The notes beneath the pieces were generated by a model, which saw only the letters and a program-made list of their open reading frames with translations, was not told the DNA's origin and did no database searches. The position numbers and the translations under genes were made by a program. DNA of 45,274 nt. Origin: Octopus bimaculoides. Lineage: Eukaryota. Below are positions 39,811 through 45,274 of this stretch, piece after piece. The stretch is from contig NC_069002.1 of the NCBI RefSeq assembly GCF_001194135.2, positions 35,451,143-35,496,416 of the forward strand, given 5' to 3'. The number at the start of each line of letters is the position of its first letter. The stretch's first letter is position 1.

Positions 39811-40024
39811 ACTGCGAGCTCCCTACCTGAAAATCGCCACCAAGGGGCCTTCACTTCAGATTTTGTGATGGATTGGTTGCTCTCTCTACCTAGCTGTACC
39901 AATATCTCCACGCTCAGGCAGAGCTTCGCTGTGTCAATACCTCACAAGACTCTGCCAGCCTACGTCAATTGGCACGCAACATGCAGATCAGCCTTTGCTT
40001 AAGTAATTCTCAACTTGTTCTTTT

Positions 40025-40115
40025 TTTCATCGACCCAGAAAGGATAAAAGGCTAAATCGGCGTCGGCGGAACATGAACTCAAATCGTGAAGACGGATAAA
40101 ATGCCGCTAAGCAAA
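40025..40115 (-). mobile_element. SINE type A fragment
   Basis: TCGACCCAGAAAGGATAAAAGGC...CGGCGGAACATGAACTCA...AAATGCCGCTAAGCA. Confidence 0.75.
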
Positions 40116-40544
40116 TATCTTTGTAATAATAACACCATTAACAAGGATAACACTAATGACGATCAGGCTGATACAGTTTTAAAATCTTAATCTTGATATT
40201 AAGCTTTCACAAGAACACGTTTTATTTTCTTTTGGCTAAACTATACTAAACATGGCTGAAATATGCCAAGATTTCTAACAGAATTCAATAAGTGTTTCTC
40301 TTTTGATACGTCGTTTAATCAAGAAAATCTTCTAGACTTTCCCATTAAATTCTTGGCAAATAAATATATCTAGTCCGAGCATGATTCTGTGGCAGATACA
40401 CGCAGGAAATCGTTAACATGAACTAATACGACAAACTCACAAGATTTTCATACAAAAGCATTTCCATATGCTTTCACTTCCAGGCAACTTCGTAAAAGAG
40501 ACTACCTCTATCTATCTATCTATCTATCAATCTATCTATCTATA

Positions 40545-40580
<36 letters not shown>

Positions 40581-40927
40581 GATCTATTTATCTATTTCTC
40601 ACTAAATATATATGTGTGTGTGTGTGTGTGTGTGTATTTATATATATACACATACACCTGTATATGTCTATAGATAGACAGATAGATAGACAGACTGATA
40701 GATAGACAGGCAGGCAGACAGACATATAGATAAANNNNNNNNNNNNNNNNNNNNNNNNNNNNNNNNNNNNNNNNNNNNNNNNNNNNNNNNNNNNNNATAT
40801 ATATAGCTTCCCTTCCAGGCAACTTCGTAATCGACATTTATCATTCTATATCTACATCTATATGTCTGTATCTCTACTTGTTTATCGATACATAGAAAGA
40901 CAGACAGATAGATAGATAGATAGATAC

Positions 40928-40964
<37 letters not shown>

Positions 40965-41395
40965 CATGCATTCAGACATACAATCAGGCAGAGAGGCAGA
41001 GAGGCAGAGAGGCAATAAGATAGATACTACTTCGTGTATGAGACAGAAACTACATAACGATGATGGTGGTGAGGACAGAAAGGACGAGATAGAAGAGAAT
41101 GAATGAAACAGAGGAAAAATGGGAAGAAGAACATGAAGAGACGAAAGGGCAGGAAGGAGATGAGGAAGAGGGCGTGGTGTGATAGAAATTTGTCTACAAC
41201 CATCAGGTGGAACAAGTGGATGTAGATGTTTTCCAAGCCACCCAGAAACCCATATTTTTACCGTTCACCATTTATCTTTCCTTTGTTTCATTTGTGGAAA
41301 TCAGACCGGTGAGTGTGTTAAATTAATAAGGCACTAAAATAGATTGTCTCTTTCCAGATACAATAAGATATATATATATATATGCATGTATATAC

Positions 41396-41489
<94 letters not shown>

Positions 41490-41499
41490 ATTTCAATAT

Positions 41500-41720
41500 C
41501 TGGAACCATTTATCTGGACACGTTTTTCTCCATCCCCGTTTTCTCTTCTCTCCTTCCATTTTTGTTCGTCTCACCACTCTGTTGAATTGTCGAAGAGCGT
41601 AGGCTCAAAACGTCGTTGCCTTTTCCCTTTTCTCCGAGCATCACACAAATACCCCTACTTGTTGTTTCCTCGCCTGTCTCTCTCTTTTGTTTTCTGCACA
41701 TTTGAACCATATATACACAT
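41500..41720 (+). mobile_element. Probable PLE terminal remnant with decayed hammerhead-like motif
   Basis: Pyrimidine-rich tract followed by TTGTCGA-A-GAGC-GTAG-GCTC-AAAAC-GTC at 41587-41614. The PLE assignment is inference. Confidence 0.45.
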
Positions 41721-41769
41721 ATATCGGGCTTCCGCACAACGTCCGTCGATCAAATTCACTCGTAAGACA

Positions 41770-41825
41770 TTAGTCGACCTGGGGGCTATAGTAGACGTTC
41801 ATACTGTGGAGTGGGACTGAAACTT
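41770..41825 (-). mobile_element. SINE type B fragment
   Basis: GGTCGACC-like start, then GGGGGCTATAGTAGAC...GTGGGACTGAAAC, similar to 33345-33400. Confidence 0.55.
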
Positions 41826-42316
41826 AATCGGAGTAATTACGAAATAACCTCTTCATCCAAAGATCTACGCTTAGTTCGAACCCGTACAAGTTCTCATATT
41901 GTTTTATGACCAGGTGAAACAGTTAGGAAAGTAAAAGTTAATAAAAGACAATGATTAAGATGACGATAATGAATAAAATATTGAGATTTATGAAATGGTG
42001 GACTAATTCTGATATTAATGTTTTCTGTCTTCTTGAGATCGATGTAACCCGATAGTGGGTGATAGGATTTCAGAAAATCTGGAATTGACAGTTGCATCTT
42101 AATGATTCGAGATGCTGTAACTGACAATTATTTAATGAAGCTACACTGTATAATATATTTAAATTTCTGGCTTTTGATAACATCATAGTAATGTGTACCT
42201 ATAATGTTACATTTATGTAAGTATACCTAAATACATAAACACATATATAGAAGCAAGAATACGTACATACATGCATACACATATATAGATACATGCATAC
42301 AGGCATACGCACACAC

Positions 42317-42371
<55 letters not shown>

Positions 42372-42498
42372 ACATACAGATATATAGGCTCACACGCGTG
42401 CGTGTGTGTGTGTGTGTGGAGAGAGAGAGGGAGAAAGAGAGACTGCGACAGAACAGACAGGCATAAACACAGACAGATATTTATAGTGTGTGTGTGTG

Positions 42499-42551
<53 letters not shown>

Positions 42552-42992
42552 AAGCAGAAAAAAACAAGCATACATACAGATAGAAAAACAGAGAAAGAGA
42601 TATAAAGACATAGAAGGACCTCCGTCAGTTTTACGATGAAGAAGACTCAGTTCTTCGTATTACTGTATTTTCGATTTTTTAATGAACGGAAAGTGACCGA
42701 TTATTCTAAAGATTGTCATAACCGTGATTTGAACTTTCTTTCTTTTCACGTTTTTTTTTACCTTCCAGGAGTCGGTTTTCAAATCGGAGCGTAAGAGAGA
42801 CGGAATTAACACAATTAATAACTGGTATTTTCTTTAGTGATATCGAAAGGACGACAGACTAATTTGAGAGCGGAAGGAATCTCCTAATATAATAATGAGG
42901 ACGCGGATGAGGAAGAGAAACTAGTAATTCAGTGAAGGAGAAGTAGTGAGAGTAATAGCCTTGACTGAGAGGGAGTGAAAGAAAGTAATAGC

Positions 42993-43657
42993 AATGACAG
43001 AAAGGAAGGGGTGATAGATGAATAAGGAATGGAGGGGGGAAAACAAAATCAGGGTCTCTGTGTGGGTATATGTGTGTATATGTGTGTCCGTGTTCGAGGG
43101 AAGTATGTGAATGTATGTGATTACTATTTCCCTTATTTTGTACTTTTTGATGTTATAGAAACGAAAGTATAAGTCCTTAGGTGTAATTCTGTGTAGATCC
43201 AAGAGCATAAGGTCTTAGGTGCAATCTTGCGTAGGCCTATGTGTGTTAAAATCCTGATGTAGTAAACATCCAGAGAAAAAAAGAGATGCGAACATATCAT
43301 CGCCCACCCCGTACACAATTCTTAGACACCATACACCTATACGGTTTACTTTATCCTAAGGCCTATCCTTAAATCACGCCCTCCCTCTATCTACCTTTTT
43401 TCTATTTATTTTATTTTCTTTCCTTTTACCATTTAATACCATTCTGTAATTGAACGTTGATATGTTCGCTCCTGTTTTCTCTGGATTGTTTACTATACCA
43501 AGATTTTAAACCACATGGACCTACGCAGGATTGCACTTAAGGGCTTATGTTCTTGTTTCTACAGCATCAGAAATTTGAACTATGAAATTTTATGCTTCTT
43601 TTTTCTTCTTTCTCTCCATCTCCTTATTCATTTACTCCCTTCCTCTATGTCGTCATT
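42993..43657. repeat. Long imperfect inverted repeat (core 43192-43302 vs 43455-43563; outer 42993-43040 vs 43610-43657)
   Basis: GGTGCAATCTTGCGTAGGCCTATGTG vs CACATGGACCTACGCAGGATTGCACT; AGTAAACATCCAGAGAAAA vs TTTTCTCTGGATTGTTTACT; GCGAACATATCA vs TGATATGTTCGC. Confidence 0.85.
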
Positions 43658-43691
43658 TTATTAATATATTTTCATTTCCCTATTTTCCCTA

Positions 43692-43752
43692 CTTGTCTCT
43701 GATGACGGAATATCCCATACTCGGAGATATTCCAGAAACAGCTGTAAAGCAT
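43692..43752 (+). ncRNA. Minimal type-I hammerhead ribozyme motif (putative, possibly decayed)
   Basis: CTGATGA (43699-43705); stem II GGAATATC/GATATTCC (43707-43714/43726-43733); GAAAC (43735-43739); palindromic ACAGCTGT; GUA cleavage triplet (43744-43746). Stem I is only partly paired. Confidence 0.65.
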
Positions 43753-44009
43753 TGAATTTTTTCCAGTTATATTATTGTATATGACTTGATATGTTTGCTT
43801 TACCTTAATGTTTGTTGCCCATTTGAAAAATTATATATCCTCTGCATCGGAAATCTGCAATGACGCCATAACTACCGTCTCGGCAATAAACTTCGAACCC
43901 TAGTAATCTGTTACAGCACTTACCTAGGGTACCTAATCGTTTAGAACAACTGTGAACTAAACCCCCATATTTTGTATATATATATATATATGTGTGTGTG
44001 CGTGTGTGT

Positions 44010-44051
<42 letters not shown>

Positions 44052-44220
44052 ATAAATACAACACGCATATGCACATATTCACGTGGACTTACACGCACAG
44101 ACAGACACGTGCGCGCATCCACACCCACACACATATATGTAATGGGGAGAAGACAGAGAGAGATATACGTATATGTGTAGGTGCATACCTATATACATAT
44201 GCATGCACCCATGTGTATAC

Positions 44221-44262
<42 letters not shown>

Positions 44263-44615
44263 TGAATTTAGGAATACGTGCACAGAGAGGGGGAGAGAGA
44301 AACACTTATACACATAACTATAGGTATATGTGTGTATGTGCCTCTGTGTGTGTGTGTATGTTTGTGTGTGTATTATCTGCCTATTTATCTGTCAAAGTAT
44401 ATTTAATTTAGGGAGACATACAACATACATGCATACACACATATACATATGCATATGCGTAAGTACATATGTGTGTATGTGCGTATATTCATTATTTGCA
44501 TGTGTGTGTGTGTGTGTGTGTATGTGTGTGTGTGTGTGTGTTTATATGTATACATGTATGTATACACGCATACATGTTTTCATATGAATACACATGAAAG
44601 TATATGTGTAGATAT

Positions 44616-44693
<78 letters not shown>

Positions 44694-44694
44694 G

Positions 44695-44746
<52 letters not shown>

Positions 44747-45274
44747 CACCGGCGGATCGATATCCATCTCTCGGAACAATTAAATACTTGTGAGATGAAA
44801 TCATATTGAAATCGGGGAAACTCTGATCTGCTCCGCTAAATTAATCTAAGCTAATCTAATCTCAAGCCAAGTTAAGCCAAGTCTTGCATAAAACGTCATA
44901 TATAACAATACTTTAATTGCAAATATTGACTATAAAACGTCAGGTTTGAATGTGTAGAGGTCAGCGAAGAATACCTTTCGAAGAAAACCATATAACATTA
45001 CAGCATAATTCTTCAGATCCAACATTATTTTGACAGTAAGTAGAATAATGGTATTGCCACTTTAGAACGGTCACAATTTGGCTAGCTGTTGTAAATTCCT
45101 CACACTCTGTTTCTGCCTTCTTCTACTGAATCGAATCAATCGGTTTGATGCTTAAAGTAACAAGTACGCTGTTCTATGATAATTTTAATGTCAAAACATT
45201 GTCATGCTTTCTTCTCTCACGCTCTCTCTCTCTTTTCCCAAAACACGCCGCTGGTGCTGGTTCGTGAGGTGGTG

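Noticed and set aside
42900-42930. CGGATGA...GAAACTAGTA hammerhead-like string
   Set aside because: Core mismatch, no stem II and no stem I; likely chance.
43801-43960. Minus-strand donor and acceptor sites suggesting two mini-exons
   Set aside because: The frame needed to join them contains a stop codon.
1-45274. Most ORFs in the supplied track ([16 protein letters not shown] and poly-X peptides)
   Set aside because: They are translations of microsatellites or N-gaps and carry no protein information.
1-45274. CRISPR arrays, operons, bona fide tRNA or rRNA genes
   Set aside because: No regularly spaced repeat-spacer array is present. The tRNA-like A/B boxes all belong to SINE heads and I could not fold a cloverleaf from them.

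Overview
AT-rich, repeat-dense eukaryotic non-coding DNA from a gapped draft assembly. N-runs are mostly flanked by (AT)n, and there are very many (AT)n/(GT)n/(GATA)n/(CATA)n/(ATT)n microsatellites. From my recollection of the SINE sequences it looks like a cephalopod (Octopus-type) genome; this is inference, not a database result. I can support no intact protein-coding gene, and almost all ORFs in the track are microsatellite or N artefacts. Recognisable content is fossil mobile DNA: four tRNA-headed SINE types (labelled A-D here), a Penelope-like RT fragment, four mariner transposase fragments, the 3' end of a CR1/L2-group LINE, and an R4/Dong-type endonuclease fragment inside (TAA)n. There is also a foldback element and several long inverted repeats. 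The most interesting signal is a set of minimal type-I hammerhead-ribozyme motifs with palindromic stem III, of the kind known from Penelope-like elements. One copy has an intact catalytic core (43699-43746) and several others are decayed. Other notable observations are a SINE/LINE shared 3' stem-loop tail, SINE module swapping and nested insertions with readable target-site duplications.
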